Source: Eledone cirrhosa (lineage: Eukaryota). Taken from it: a DNA stretch of 64,000 bases. The translations under genes were made by a program, and so were the position numbers. Below the pieces are notes generated by a model. That model did no database searches and was not told the DNA's origin. It saw nothing but the letters and a program-made list of their open reading frames with translations. Location: assembly GCA_964016885.1 (NCBI GenBank), contig OZ024750.1:50282001-50346000 (forward strand), written 5' to 3'. The first letter of the stretch is position 1. Every line of letters starts with the position of its first letter. Shown here piece by piece: positions 1 through 13,170 of this stretch.

Positions 1-34
<34 letters not shown>

Positions 35-42
<8 letters not shown>

Positions 43-250
43 GTGAGGTTTTTTTTACAAAATGAAAAATAACCAAGGTGTCCTACACGAGTGGAAGTAT
101 AAAGAAAAAGAGATGAAATCGAAAATGCAACTGAAGTCTTATTTTTTTAAAAATATATATATTTATTTGGTTCCTTTACCGGTTTCGCAGTTCTTCTGCT
201 TTTCAAAAGGTGAGTTGAGATGGAGGGTCTGTGGTTTTTCTCACAACTGA
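35..250 (-). mobile_element. Short non-coding HHR-bearing element, family B (PLE pLTR-like), in (TA)n
   Basis: Near-identical to 49637-49928 and more divergent at 24800-25110. Flanked by (TA)n. Contains the HHR at 173-210. Confidence 0.7.
173..210 (-). ncRNA. Minimal type I hammerhead ribozyme, U3-A8 core variant
   Basis: Minus strand reads CCTT-TTGAAAA-GCAG AAGAA CTGC-GAAA-CCGG-TA-AAGG: stem I CCUU/AAGG, stem II GCAG/CUGC, palindromic stem III ACCGGU, GUA cleavage triplet. Confidence 0.75.
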
Positions 251-1848
251 TATATATATATGTGTGTGTGTGTGTGTCTGTAAATATATATATTCACACA
301 CGCACACACACATGTTGTTGCCCGAGTCGCTAGATACTGCCATCTTTCAATAAACACCATATTCGAAATCAATTGTATCAGTCTGATATTCAGATGCCCT
401 CAAGAATAATGAAATGGACCTCTATCGAAACATTGAAAAGAGAAAACATTGGAAGAACTATCCAACATACCGTTCCAGCTTACTATTAATGATAACACTG
501 AAGATCAGCTTCTGTTAATTTAATTACAGATAATATACCACTAATAAAACAACAACAAATCTGATAGAACGTAAATGCAGCCGGTGTTGTACCCCCGCCA
601 CAGTCGTTCGACTGAAACTATTATAAGTGTCTAGTCATACATGCTTACTTACATATAGATACATAAATAGATACTTAGATAGATAATATAGATATAATAT
701 CTGGAGATTATTTCAGAAGTACCATTTATCAAGATAAATAAATTAAGAAAATATCTGCCATATATAATTTAATATGGAAAGTGAGGGAAATTAATTGTGA
801 CAAAACTTATCGTGTATCCCGATCTTAATTCACTTACTTTAACAAAACAGCACTTCTGTGTCATATATAACAACATACATTATTTCAGCGAAAAGAAAAG
901 CCTGAAGAGCGGATGATGAGAGCAAAAAGAAAAAAAATTACCGCTATTATAATAGTATCAATGCAGCTTGTGATTTCTTGAGAAAGTTCGTGAAAATAAT
1001 TGTGACACACATTTGTACTGTATGACTTTCTTAAATCATTTACATTCATTAATATTCTTTATGGAATATGTTTCATTTTTATTTTTATTTTATATACATT
1101 TATTTAGAAAGAGTGAAAGACACAAGAGAAGGAGCGATAAATGAACTGTTACTGTTACCACGTCAGCAGATCGTGAGAGTTTAAGACGTTAACGGATGTT
1201 TTGCCTCAGTTTCTTTCTGCAACAGTTCGATTTTGTTTTATACGTACGGAAGTTCAGCAAAAATATATAATGGTTCTGCGAAGTTTCAATGTTAACGTCA
1301 GGTGAAATCTTTAGTCACGTCTGTAATCCTTTATTCATATTTCAAACTACAAATATTTCCTGGTATGACAAAATAGAAGCTAAAACTTTTTTTGTGGGAC
1401 GTGAGTGAAACAACTATGTACTACGTAACGTTCTTAACATATTTAATCTCTTTCATATTTGATCAAACTCTTCATATATATGCCTTGGCTGAATCTAAGT
1501 ATGTGACGTCATTACCTTAAAATTCATAGTGAAAGAACTTCAAAGTGTTTTTAACCATTTATTGTTCAAACCGGCCAAAACCGGCCAGAATTCTCTACCT
1601 CTTTCTGTTGAAACTGGCTGTAACCGGTCGCTCAAACTGATGTTAAGGTATTGTTCTCAAAATAAATACTTTCCAAATCTCCTAGATTCGATATTATGTG
1701 AGATAATTATGCGAGCTAAAGCCTTTACCATGAAAATATAATAGTATATATATAGTAATGGGAATGCTAAAGGGTTAAATAAACACAGTATATTATCAAA
1801 TATATAGTACGTACATTCATATGTATATCGTCATTTAAGAGAACCAAT

Positions 1849-1934
<86 letters not shown>

Positions 1935-1936
<2 letters not shown>

Positions 1937-3200
1937 GATATTACACCAACAACTACAGGGGATCTCACTGACCCTCAACAGGATCCAGTCCGAGATGGAG
2001 AAGCTCGGGGACAACCAGAACGGCTTCAGAGAGGGACGATCAACCACCAGTCACATCCTGATGATGCGAAGTATATTAGAGGGAGCTAGAGCAAAGAGCC
2101 TTCCTTCTGTCATGGTTTTCATTGAATTTAGGAAGGCCTTTGATTCTGTGGAGCGTCACTACCGGATGAAAATCTTAAAGGCTTATGGAATCCCAAAGAG
2201 GATAGTGGACTTGGTATCACTGCTCTATACCAACACCAAAGCCCAAGTCATTACACCTGATGGGGGACGGAGTTCTTTGAGATACTGGCTGGAGTGTTCC
2301 ATGGAGATACATTGACTCCATACGTTTATCATCGCAGTAGACTATTGTATGTGCCTTGCGCTGCAGAAACACCAGGACACCAGGCTTTACTGTAGCACTG
2401 GCTCAGAGCAGGAGAGTTAAGACGAAAAGGATATCAGATGCTGAGTTACATGCTGACGACATAGTTCAGGTGACAAACACAGTGAAGGAGGCAGAGGATT
2501 TGATGAAATAGGTCGAGACTGTGTCGATGAGTGTGGGACTGAGAATGAATGAGATTAAGACGAAGTATCTGGTAGAGAACATTAAGAAGCCAGAGAAGAT
2601 TATAAATGTAGTCGGGAAGCCACTAGAATTGGTTGAGGACTTCCTGTATTGGGAGCAAAGTCTGGAAACACAGAGAGTGATGTGGTTGAGTGGAAGAGCA
2701 AAGCCTGGGCGGAGTGCCACAGTTTCAGATCGGTGTTGAAGTCGGACCTTCGTGAAGACCTGAAGATTCGTCTCTTTGTTGCTACAGTGGAATATGTGCT
2801 ACGGTATGTGTCTGAGGCTTGGACACTGATCAAAACCTCATTCAGATGGTGGATGGGTGCTACACGAGAATGCTGAGGATGGCTCTGAACTTTAATCAGT
2901 ATACACTGAGCATGAAGAACTCAGAGCTGTATGGGAGCCTCCCAAAAGTCAGCTCGAAAGTAACACAGAGGAGACTGAGGTTGGCTGGACATGCTCACCG
3001 ACATTCAGAGCTGACACTACACACAGTGCTCCTGTGGGAGAACCATTGCGGACACACTAGAAGAGGAAACCTGAGGTTGACATATGTTGAAACACTAAGG
3101 ATAGATACTAGTCTCTAGGAGACGCAGGACATGGCAGCGATGTTGAACGACAGAGACCACTGGAGAGAACTCGTCCATGGATATCGGGAATTTTAAAGTA
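1935..3200 (+). mobile_element. 5'-truncated, decayed RTE-clade LINE (RT and C-terminal region)
   Basis: Frameshifted ORFs with QNGFREGRST, FIEFRKAFDSV, a HADD catalytic-like motif (catgctgacgac ~2449), LKIRLF..VE..L.Y..E.W and RRLRLAGHAHRH. Ends near (TAGA)n. Confidence 0.85.
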
Positions 3201-4544
3201 GATAGATAGATATACATACCCGATTACATATATATATATGTTTACAGACATACATCTATACAGACATAAATACATGTATAGTATTAAGATTAGTTCAGAT
3301 TGGCATTGATCATTTGTATAATTTAAATATTTACAATAAACATTACATAAAACAAGAATATTTCTGATCGAAGGATTTATTACAATAGATTGCAGATCAT
3401 TTCCTTATTTTGAAAACATTTATTTGTTCTCTATTTTGTATAAAGCTAAGCCAATTTAAATCCTGCAGATATTATTGATTATTTTTCTCTGCATTGGGTA
3501 AAAAATGTTTTCACCATTTTAGAGTTGATACATATTCAAAGGGGTTTATAGACTACTTTCAAGGTATAATCACAAACGCATGTAGTTAGCTTTTAAAATG
3601 GAAACCTCAAATGGAATCTAGGTAACAATATGAATGCAGTAGCAATCTTAAACGGATGTCATTATAGGAAATTGTATGGTTTTATGATCTAACACACACA
3701 TACACACACACACACATACACACGCACACAGACATCTTCTGTTTTATATATATAGAAATGCGGGCAAATCTGATTGGTTAACGTTACTTCCTTCCTGTTT
3801 GTTTTTTAATAAGTTGCTATTCGTCTTGAAAATATTAACATTTTTCTCTTAATAATTAGTTTAATTTCTGAGTAAAGTACGACATATCAGACGTAGCCTT
3901 TGAAAAGCGGTGAGTGTTTCCGTTTATACATGTACTGAACATCTATTGAACATGTACTGATCATCTATTGATTCCGTAACCTATATAGCATTTACTGTCA
4001 TTTTTCAACAGCGAAATTATTCCCAAATGACGATTCGTGGTAAAAACGAAGGAATATTTAAATTTAGCTCCACATCAAACTAAGATAATGTAACTTTATT
4101 ATAAAGGGTTGCTCCTGTTTTACTCGAATTTACCTTATAATGAGATTTTATAAGTTTCTAGACTTAATTTTGTGTCATTTAATATTTAGAACGTCCCTTT
4201 CCCTGAGAATTATGTTTACACAGTCAAATTTATTCCATCTTAATACTACTTGCAATAATGAAATGAACGGAAATATTAAGAGGACCTGGTCAGATAATTG
4301 AAAATTTTAGCATTTTTGTGTTAATAATTAGTTTAATTTGTGAGTAAAGTGCGAGATTGAGGTCTCTTGCATGGATAGAAGTGAGCTCCCACTTGATACT
4401 GTTTTAGCTAATTTCCGATGGGGGGGGGGGGTGATATAGCAATAGTACTATCGGTTCGATATTCTCTATTTCAGTGGTCTTAGCAAAGGTTGTGTACTCC
4501 CTTAACAAATCGCAGAAAGAGAAACGTTGACGTCAGTTTTTGAT

Positions 4545-7215
4545 ACAATGCCACCGAAGAAAAGATCATTCATTGGTCGTGCAACTTTGAAAGGAAATAA
4601 AAGAGAATGAGATCAAACGAATCCTCAGAGGATACTGCAGTGAGACAATCAGAAAATAGGGTCTGTACAACTGCTGGAAGAGCAATCTAAAGCGATGAGA
4701 AACGTTGAAATCACTTGGTTAGAAATGCTGGATTTACAACTTCAGCACGAGGTAGAGAGGGTCAAGTAAAGCGTGCCATCCACAAAACAAGGAATGCCAG
4801 AACAACTGCTGCTACGTGAGTGTGTCTTATCCGCAAAACCAGGGATGCTGCAGTGACTGCTGCTACGCGAGCCTCGGAGAATGAAGAGCAGCGTCTTATT
4901 CGCCAAACCATAAATCCATAATGTACGTTTGCAAGTATGTTACTAAGGGTTCAGATGCTGTCATTTATGGCCTACAAAAGGACAGCAGCAGAAATGATGT
5001 GAGCCAATACGAGGCGGGACAATACATTAGTAGCAATGAAGCCTTCTGGGGCATTGTTGGCTTCCCACTACAGCAAGGCATCCCGTCATCGAACAACTTG
5101 CAGTGCATCTTGAAAATGGCCAAAGAGTTTCTTTCACCACTGCTAATGCTGCTCAATTGTCTCAGGAACCGAAGGACACCAGTCTCACTGCATTTTTCAA
5201 ACTTTGCTGAGTAGACCACTTTGCACGAACTTTGTTGTATCCCCAGGTGTCATCCTACTTCACATGGAATAATAACAAATGGGCACGAAGAAAGGCAGGT
5301 GAACAGGATGAAGGACACCCCGGCATAAGAATTGACAATTGCCTCGGGAGAGTTTACACAGTGCATCCCAGCAAACATGAGTGCTTCTATCTCCATCTGT
5401 TACTGCATAAGATCAAAGGACCAACGTGTTTCCAGTACCTTAAGACGTTTGACGGACACATTTGTGCTACATACGGGGGATGCAACATTGGCAGAGGCTG
5501 TTATATCCCAGTCACCCAGAGGTCTCAGGGCACTATTTGGTGTTTTATTGCAAGTTGGTACCTGCTTGATCCTACCTCTTTTGGGCTTGAATATAGATAT
5601 GACCTGTCTGAAGATTTGAAACATCAAGCACAATTGCAGTTCCCCGGCATGGAAATAGGTTTCAGTGATGAAGTTTACAATAAAGCTTTGGTTGACATAA
5701 AAGATATGATTTTTTTCAGTGGGTGGCAAAGCTTTACCGACTTTTGGCCTGCCTCAAACAAACCGGATAGGGATAAATACCCTTGTCCCAGATATCATAC
5801 GGGAAACATCATATGACGTTGATGCTCTTGCCAGAGATGACATTGCAACTGAGCCAAAACTGCTTCCGGACCAGCAGCGCGCTTACAGCAATATTTTTGA
5901 CTGCGTGTGCCACCGACGAAGGGGCATTTTCTTCCTGGATGAACTTGGAGGGACAGGAAATACATTTGTGACTAAACTTCTCGCCAAAGTGAGGAAACAC
6001 AAGGACATCACGCTAGCTGTGGCATCCTCTGGGATTGCTGCAACTTTGCTGCCCGGTAGCAGAACAGCGCCCTTAACCTTTCAGTTTCCCTTGAATTTGG
6101 CCACATCTGTTACGCCTACTTGCAACATCAGCAAGTGCTCTGAAGAGACGCCAGTTCTAAGGATGTGCCAGTTCATTGTGTGGGATGAATGCATCATGGC
6201 CCACAAAGTAGCTATTGAAGCACTAGATAAGACATTAAAAACCACCAGAGACTGCCAGCATCCAATGGGAGGTATCACTTTCCTGCTATCTGGGGATTTC
6301 AGGCAGACTCTTCCAATTATTCCCCAAGGAACCAGAGCACATGAAGTCCGAGCTTGTCTTAAGTCCTCTTCCTTGTGGCACCAGGTCAAAACATTGACTC
6401 TCAACACCAACATCAGAGCTCAATTGTACGGCGACCAACTGTCAGCAGAATTCGCCAAGATTATTTTGACACTTGGTGATGGCAATCCGCCTCTTGATAG
6501 AGAAGGTAAAGTGGATATCACGGCAATTTGGAACACCGTTAAATGCATGCAGACCGGAAAATATCCGTTTTTCCTAATCTGAGGGAAAATTACCGCAACC
6601 TCGATTGGTTGTGCGAAAGATCAATACTGGATCCGAAAAACAACGCTGTAAGTAACATTAATGAGCAGTTGCTGCAGTACCTTTCCGGAAGCCCGCATAT
6701 CTACAAGTCCATTGATGCATTATTAGATCCACAGGAGGTTGTCAATTATTCCACTGAATTTCTCAACTCATTGTACCCTCCAGGATTACCTTCCCACATA
6801 TTGAGACTTAAAGAGGGAACATTAACTATGCTCCTCAGGAATTTGGAACATCCAAGACTCGACAAATGGACGCGTCTGATGGTAAAGAGAATCATGCCAC
6901 ACGTTATCAAGGTAACCATTCTCTCTGGGTATAGGAAAGAAGAGCAAGTTTTCATACCCATAATTCCTCGTATTCCGTCGGAAGCGGAAATTCCTTTTTC
7001 ATCTAAAATATTGCAGTTTCCCATTCGAATCAGCTTTACCATGTCTATCAACAAATCCCAGGGTCAGACCCTGTCGGTGGCAAGGCTTCACTTTGAATAG
7101 CACTGTTTTTCACACGGACGCTGGCTGCTCAAGAGTGGGAAGCAAAGAAAGACATCTTAGCATTCATTCCAGTAGAGAAAAACTAGGAATATTGCCTACA
7201 AAGAAGTCTTGTAGA
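4545..7215 (+). mobile_element. Decayed Helitron RepHel (PIF1-like helicase), Rep region largely deleted
   Basis: Motifs YVCKYVTKGSD, YISSNEAFW, GRVYTVHP..ECFYL.LLL..KGPT, FFLD..GGTG.TF, VASSGIAATLL, IVWDE, GDFRQTLP and QFPIRISFTMSINKSQGQTL across frameshifted ORFs. Confidence 0.9.
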
Positions 7216-8017
7216 TATCAAATCGACCCACAAACAATGCTATTGCTGTAGTTTTCGAAGGAGACCAGCACGTATAGAAACCCAGACATTTTATGTATTG
7301 ATGTTTTATGTTTTGATTTTTTTCCGATGTTTTGCATTTTTATGTTTTTATGTTGAGACGTATGTTTTTATGTTTTTAGGTTTTATGTTTTTATGTTTTC
7401 ATGTCTTCTATATTTTGCGTTCTTATGCTTTATGTTGAACGTTAAAGAGGCTTCTTTAGGGCGCACACATATGATTGTTATCGCCTTTCAAACATGCCAA
7501 AGTGAACGTAGTAAGGCCCTCTTTAGGGCCAAGATATATGATTGTTCTGTTGGAAGCTGTCTTTATTGCCAACACAGCAGCTCACATATCATTGTTATCT
7601 ATATACATTAGTATCTCACCTTACGTCGTTAATTGTTTCCAGAAGTAGCGACGTAAGTAAAAACCCGACGTAAGTCGAATCGACACCAAATTTTAATTGT
7701 ATTTAATTTCCAAATAGATACCTTATAATATGATTAATCTTCCCTGTATATATTCCATTAAAGAAATATATTTCACCAATTAATCGAATGGTAAACCACG
7801 GAGGCCGATACTTGGATTTTCAACAAGGAAGAAGTCCAGCCATCTGTGTTTACGCATTAAGTTCAAATCAGCGACTGGCCAGTAACACGTGCTGTATCTA
7901 CTAAAAATACACACATCATACCAGCTTCGTCCCAGTGGCGTGAATAGGGTTATCGACAACTAGAAACAGCAATCAAGTCCTTTCAACAGAGTTAGCTCTA
8001 CAATTAAGGAGCCGTAT

Positions 8018-8456
8018 TTATATATCTATATCCAAAATTAAGATAAATCAAAGTGAACTTAATCTAAATCAAAATTATGGGTGTCATGCCAGAAAGGCAT
8101 GCGCCATATCACCCGTAAAATAAGCTCCAAGATTCTACTGAATAGGTCCGAGCATTTTATAACACTAGAAATTGATTAACATATAAATCAACATATGAAA
8201 CAATCACAGGGGATAATTTTTACAAGTGTGTAAGCACACATAGCTAGGTAGGTAACTAAATAAAGTTAACTAGAACTTCAAAAATAGATACCTTATAATA
8301 TGATTATTCTAGTTGTTATAAAATGTCGGACCTATTTATTAGAATCTTGGAGCTTATTTTACGGGTGATATGGCGCATGCCTTTCTGGCATGACACCCAT
8401 AATTTTGATTTAGATTAAATTCACTTTGATTTATCTTATTTTTGGATATAGATATA
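8018..8456. repeat. ~150-bp inverted repeat pair (8018-8170 vs 8307-8456)
   Basis: atgggtgtcatgccagaaaggcatgcgccatatcacccgtaaaataagctccaagattct and its reverse complement. Confidence 0.85.
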
Positions 8457-8489
8457 TAGATATAAATATATATATATATATAATCTATC

Positions 8490-8536
8490 GTTCTAAGTTT
8501 TTTCGTTGCACGTCTGCAACATCATCAGTGCTACTA
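8490..8536 (-). ncRNA. Hammerhead ribozyme motif, family A (stems I/III decayed)
   Basis: CTGATGA-T-GTTGCA GACG TGCAAC-GAAA. Confidence 0.65.
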
Positions 8537-10404
8537 GTATCATATTCCCTAATAAACTAACTATGGAGATATAACAGATACAGAAGCGAAAACTAACCAA
8601 ACAGTGAGTGTGTTTTGTTATTATTACTGACAATATTATTACAACAATATGACCGTCCCTAAGTATAACAACATATATCTCTCTCTCTCTATATATATAT
8701 ATGTGTGTGAGTGTGTGTTATTAGGTAAACAGAAATAACAACACAATCGGTATAGTATATGGAAGGGATGCATTAGGTTAACGTTTGATATAGTAGGAAG
8801 ATTGAGGGGTCAGGCGGGTTTTTATTGGAAAAATGTCTTTACATAAAAATAACAGGTCCATTCATGTTGATATATATATATTTATATTGGCGTACAAGTA
8901 CATGCACATACACATTCTTCATACATCCATGGATGCAAAACTGCGTGCATCGTCTGTGTTGTATCTTAGACTCACTGGGTGTTTTGAGTCTTACGACATA
9001 CACGCACAGCAGGTTTTTCAACGGAACTTAATGAAGTTTCCGACTATATCCAAGTACTTTATTTCCTACTGACAGCACCTGTCTCTTCCCTTCAGCTATA
9101 ACCAGCTTCACACCATCCCTGTTGCTTCCACGTTGTTGTTTTTATAGTTTTCCTCCTGCTTGCATCTGTACACCTAGTCCTTAGAAGAACGTGCTACGAA
9201 CCCTTGGCTGGCAACATCCACTGATATGCACGTATTCTTCCACTCGTTCCAGTGATACTCCTTCACCAACTCTCTTCCTCTTCCGTACCTCCTTTATCCT
9301 CTCGTCCTAGGCCTCATTTAACTCCGCTAGAAATTTGATGACTTGACACCCCGTGACCCAAGACGATGTCTGATCACCACATGGACTAAGTCATATGTGG
9401 TTTAATTTTCAGTCATCACCCAGTCTTTTATTGTGGCAAGCAAGCCGGGCGACCAATATTTTGGTCTACTCTTCGGTTTGTTCACTTTGTCTGGAAAATA
9501 TGATCTTCTTAGATGTAGCATATACATAACTCGTTTGTCTGATCGCTTTGCTGTTGATTTCAGCGTCCCTTGGAAAAAAGAGGGCGCGTTAGTGTTTACA
9601 TTTTGCTTCATCGAAATAGTTTGCATTGGCTGGATAAAACATGATAGACTGAAGTCATGAAGTCCTGTGAGTTAATGTTTCACTCAGCAACTGTTCCCGT
9701 TTTATCCAATCATCTGGTTGTCGTATTGACACTGATGTAGCTGCTCACACTTCATCCATCATAGCTCGCACCTCTCTTTACATCCAATTCATCTGATTGT
9801 AGTTTTAAATCGGGTTCAGTTTGAGCTACTGATTCTAAACTTACCCCTTGTTCCACTCCCAAGAAAGGGGGCTTGTGTTCCAATCTGCATGACAGCGTCG
9901 GCAACCATCTTTCTAGTCTTCAGGGCAATTCCTGCACTAAACCAATTTATAATCCTTTGATCTGGTGTACTGCACATGTACTCGTATACGTTACACCACG
10001 GCCATTTCTCTGGTTGGACTTAGTGGAAGTTTCATGTTATGGCGCATCACATATAGTCCAACGCAGCTCAAACTGTGAGGTACAGCGAACTATTTGAGAA
10101 CTTGGTATTCTTGAGCCTTTTATATCTTGCCGAGCCCATTACTCTCCAGGTCCGAACACAGTCGGTTTCTTTCAGAACAGAACAAGAGTAGGAGAGGATG
10201 TGTGATAAGGGAAATAAGGCGACACAGAGATACAGAAGAATTGGCATCATTATTAGACTGGTAGTCATCGGTCTCGGAGTCCGAATCCTCTGGAATTTCA
10301 GCATCCAAACAGAAAGGGCAATCCCAGTGAATCGCCCAAATATTATCATTAAAACATTTTGTTAAAAACAACTCGTCATCTCATAGATGTTGTAGACCCA
10401 GCTG

Positions 10405-10508
10405 AATAACACGGAATAGAAATTATCAGAATGTGGCATCTCAAAACAATTAGAGTGCCAGTAGTTATCGGGTCCCTAGAAATGAGATCCAAGGTTACAA
10501 TCAATTAT
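10405..10508 (+). mobile_element. Fragment of R4/Dong-like non-LTR retrotransposon C-terminus
   Basis: EIIRMWHLKTIRVPVVIGSL resembles the RLE-clade terminal motif W....VPVVIGALG. Interrupted by the RTE insertion. Confidence 0.5.
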
Positions 10509-11052
10509 CTTCTTCTTCTAGGGCGGGTAGAATTCCCGAGATCCATGGACGAGTTCTCTCCAGCGGTCTCTGTCCCTCATTATCGCTGCCATTTCCTGCG
10601 TCTCCAACAGACCAGTGTCTGTCCTTATGGCATCAACATACGTTAACCTTGGTCTACCTCTTCCTGTGTGTCCATGTAGGGGCTCCCACAGGAGCACTGA
10701 GTGCAGTGTCAACTCTGGATGTCGGTGAGAATGTCCAGCTAACCTCAGTCTCCTCTGTGTCAATTTTGAGCTGACTTTTGAGAGGCTCCCATACAGCTCT
10801 GAGTTTTTCATGGGAATATAGAAGATGATGTGGTTGAGAGGAAGAGCAAAACCTGGGCGACGTACCACAGCTTGAGATCGGTGTGGAAGTCGGACCTTCG
10901 TAAAGACCTGAAAATCCGCCTCTTCGTTGCTGTAGTGGAGTCTGAGCTGCTGTACGGGTCGGAGACTTGGACACTGACCACGAAACTCACTCAGATGGTA
11001 GATGGGTGCTGCACGAGAATGCTGAGGATGGCTCTGAACATTAATCAGTACA
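10509..11052. mobile_element. RTE LINE copy with 5' inversion and 13-bp target-site duplication
   Basis: 3' end on the minus strand (10509-10812, tail TAG(AAG)n) and upstream part inverted on the plus strand (10822-11052). Same family as 1935-3200. TSD TACAATCAATTAT at 10496-10508 and 11049-11061. Confidence 0.85.
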
Positions 11053-11939
11053 ATCAATTATATAGCCCCAAATTCGTGTCCATAAACCCTAAATCAGTGC
11101 TTTCCACAAAATCATTATTTTGAATATGACACACATTTTGAACAAGTCTCATTATAGGTACAAAATATATACATATACACAAAGGTTGTAAACTAAAACT
11201 TCTGGATTATTTTAACAAACATGCAACTACATGATATATTGGTATATCGCCTCTTAACACTAATCATATTGCATACTCTTGAGGCTCCGTTTGAGAGACG
11301 AGGGCAATTCGTACAAACAGGAGGAAAAAGTAAAATAGTAATAGTCCTAATTATAATATGTCCTTGCTTCTGTGTTGTGTGTTTGCGTGTATGAATGTGA
11401 AACTGTATGTGTGCGTCATCACTAGTAAGCCAGATATAAAAATATACACATATTATGGGAAGTATAACAAGTATCAACATAAATGCTGTCATGTGTTTTT
11501 GTGCACATAATTAAAACAGGACAAGTGAATTAGATGTAAAACTAGAACCTGTTTGTATTATTTCTTTTCACACTCATCATATTTTGTTAAACAGTCTATT
11601 CTTGCGTCAGCTCACCGTGAATTATTTATGGCATTTTGGATAAAGAAGATTTGGAGGAATATTTTAATCCGATAAACAATATTTGATGGTTTCTTTTCTG
11701 TTCTTTGATTTTTTTTTTTTTTTTTGTTTCACTGTAGCAGCTGACCATAATTCTTATGTAGGAGATATCCTACCTGAACTGAGTTGCTTACGATATCGCA
11801 TTGCAATGTGGCTCATTCATGATTACATGTCTGAATAATCCTACACACATACACACGCACACGCACATGTATATGTGTATATATAATATATATACATATA
11901 CATATATATGTATGCATTAAACACACACACACACACACG

Positions 11940-11981
<42 letters not shown>

Positions 11982-11984
11982 AAG

Positions 11985-12104
11985 AGAGGGGTGTGGTGAG
12001 GAACCAGATAGACCATGACGCACCAAAGTATTCCATACCTAGGGTAGTAGACCATAAATAGCCGTCGAAATGGCTTGAGCTCTGCCGTCGAGGTTAAACA
12101 TTTT

Positions 12105-12106
<2 letters not shown>
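11985..12106. mobile_element. Family C short element (HHR 3' half plus tail), rearranged, in (TA)n
   Basis: gtgtggtgaggaaccagatagaccatgacgcaccaaagta... and tagccgtcgaaatggcttgagctctgccgtcgagg. Related copies at 14058, 17786, 26960, 27420, 47055 and 49425. Confidence 0.65.
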
Positions 12107-12186
<80 letters not shown>

Positions 12187-12190
<4 letters not shown>

Positions 12191-13170
12191 TATGTACACG
12201 TACATACATATATGTATACAGACGTACAGTAGTATGTATATATATATATATACATACATGCACACATATATATATGTACGTATGGATTCACCGAACATTT
12301 ATTATAATGGTCGGTGTGTTTGTAAACAAACATCCCGTATTAAGCCGTAGTGTCCAGCGACCATCGTTGCTCGTTTGTTCAACACTGACAAAGGAATGCT
12401 GTACTGGTTTCAAGCTTATTAGCTACCGTCAGCAACGTATACCTTCCTGCCAGATTGTTGAACGTATATACTTATCTTATGCATGTTAACGGCTGAGTAG
12501 CACAATTTGCATAACGAGTGGGTTAATCGGCCGGGTTCACCGAAAACGATAAACGGAAAATATGAAACGAAATTTCATTTCCCACTCTTAGTACGGCTGT
12601 TACTTAAATATATGTATGTACACGTACATACATGTATACAGACATACAGTAAATGTTCGGTGAATCCATACGTACATATATATATGTGTGCATGTATGTA
12701 TATATATATATATACATACTACTGTACGTCTGTATACATACATGTATGTACGTGTACATACTTATATTTAAGTAACAGCCGTACTAAGAGTGGGAAATGA
12801 AATTTCGTTTCATTTTTTCCGTTTATCGTTTTCAGTGCACCCGGCCGATTAACTCACTCGATATGCAAATTGGGCTACTCAGCCGTTAACATGCATAAGA
12901 TAAGTATATACGTTCAACAATGTGGCAGGAAGGTATACGTTGCTGACGATAGCTAATAAGCTTGAAACTATTACAGCGTTCCTTTGTCAGTGTTGAACAA
13001 ACGAGCAACGATGGTTGCTGGACACTACGGCTTAATACGGGATGTTTGTTTACAAACACGCCGAGCATTATAATAAATGTTCGGTGAATCCATACGTACA
13101 TATATATATGTGTGCATGTATGTATATATATATATACAAACTACTGTACGTCTGTATACATATATGTATA
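12187..13170. mobile_element. Family D retrozyme-like element, inverted dimer
   Basis: 12187-12650 is the reverse complement of the unit at 12651-13170. The plus arm has a terminal direct repeat (12651 vs 13075, period 424 nt). HHRs at 12396-12438 (-) and 12937-12979 (+). No real ORF. Confidence 0.75.
12937..12979 (+). ncRNA. Minimal hammerhead ribozyme, family D
   Basis: ACGTTG-CTGACGA-T AGCT AATA AGCT T-GAAA-CTAT-TA-CAGCGT. Stem III carries one mutation. Confidence 0.7.

Noticed and set aside
7215-7700. Helitron 3' hairpin and CTRR terminus
   Set aside because: I could not identify one, so Helitron boundaries are left at the coding remnant.
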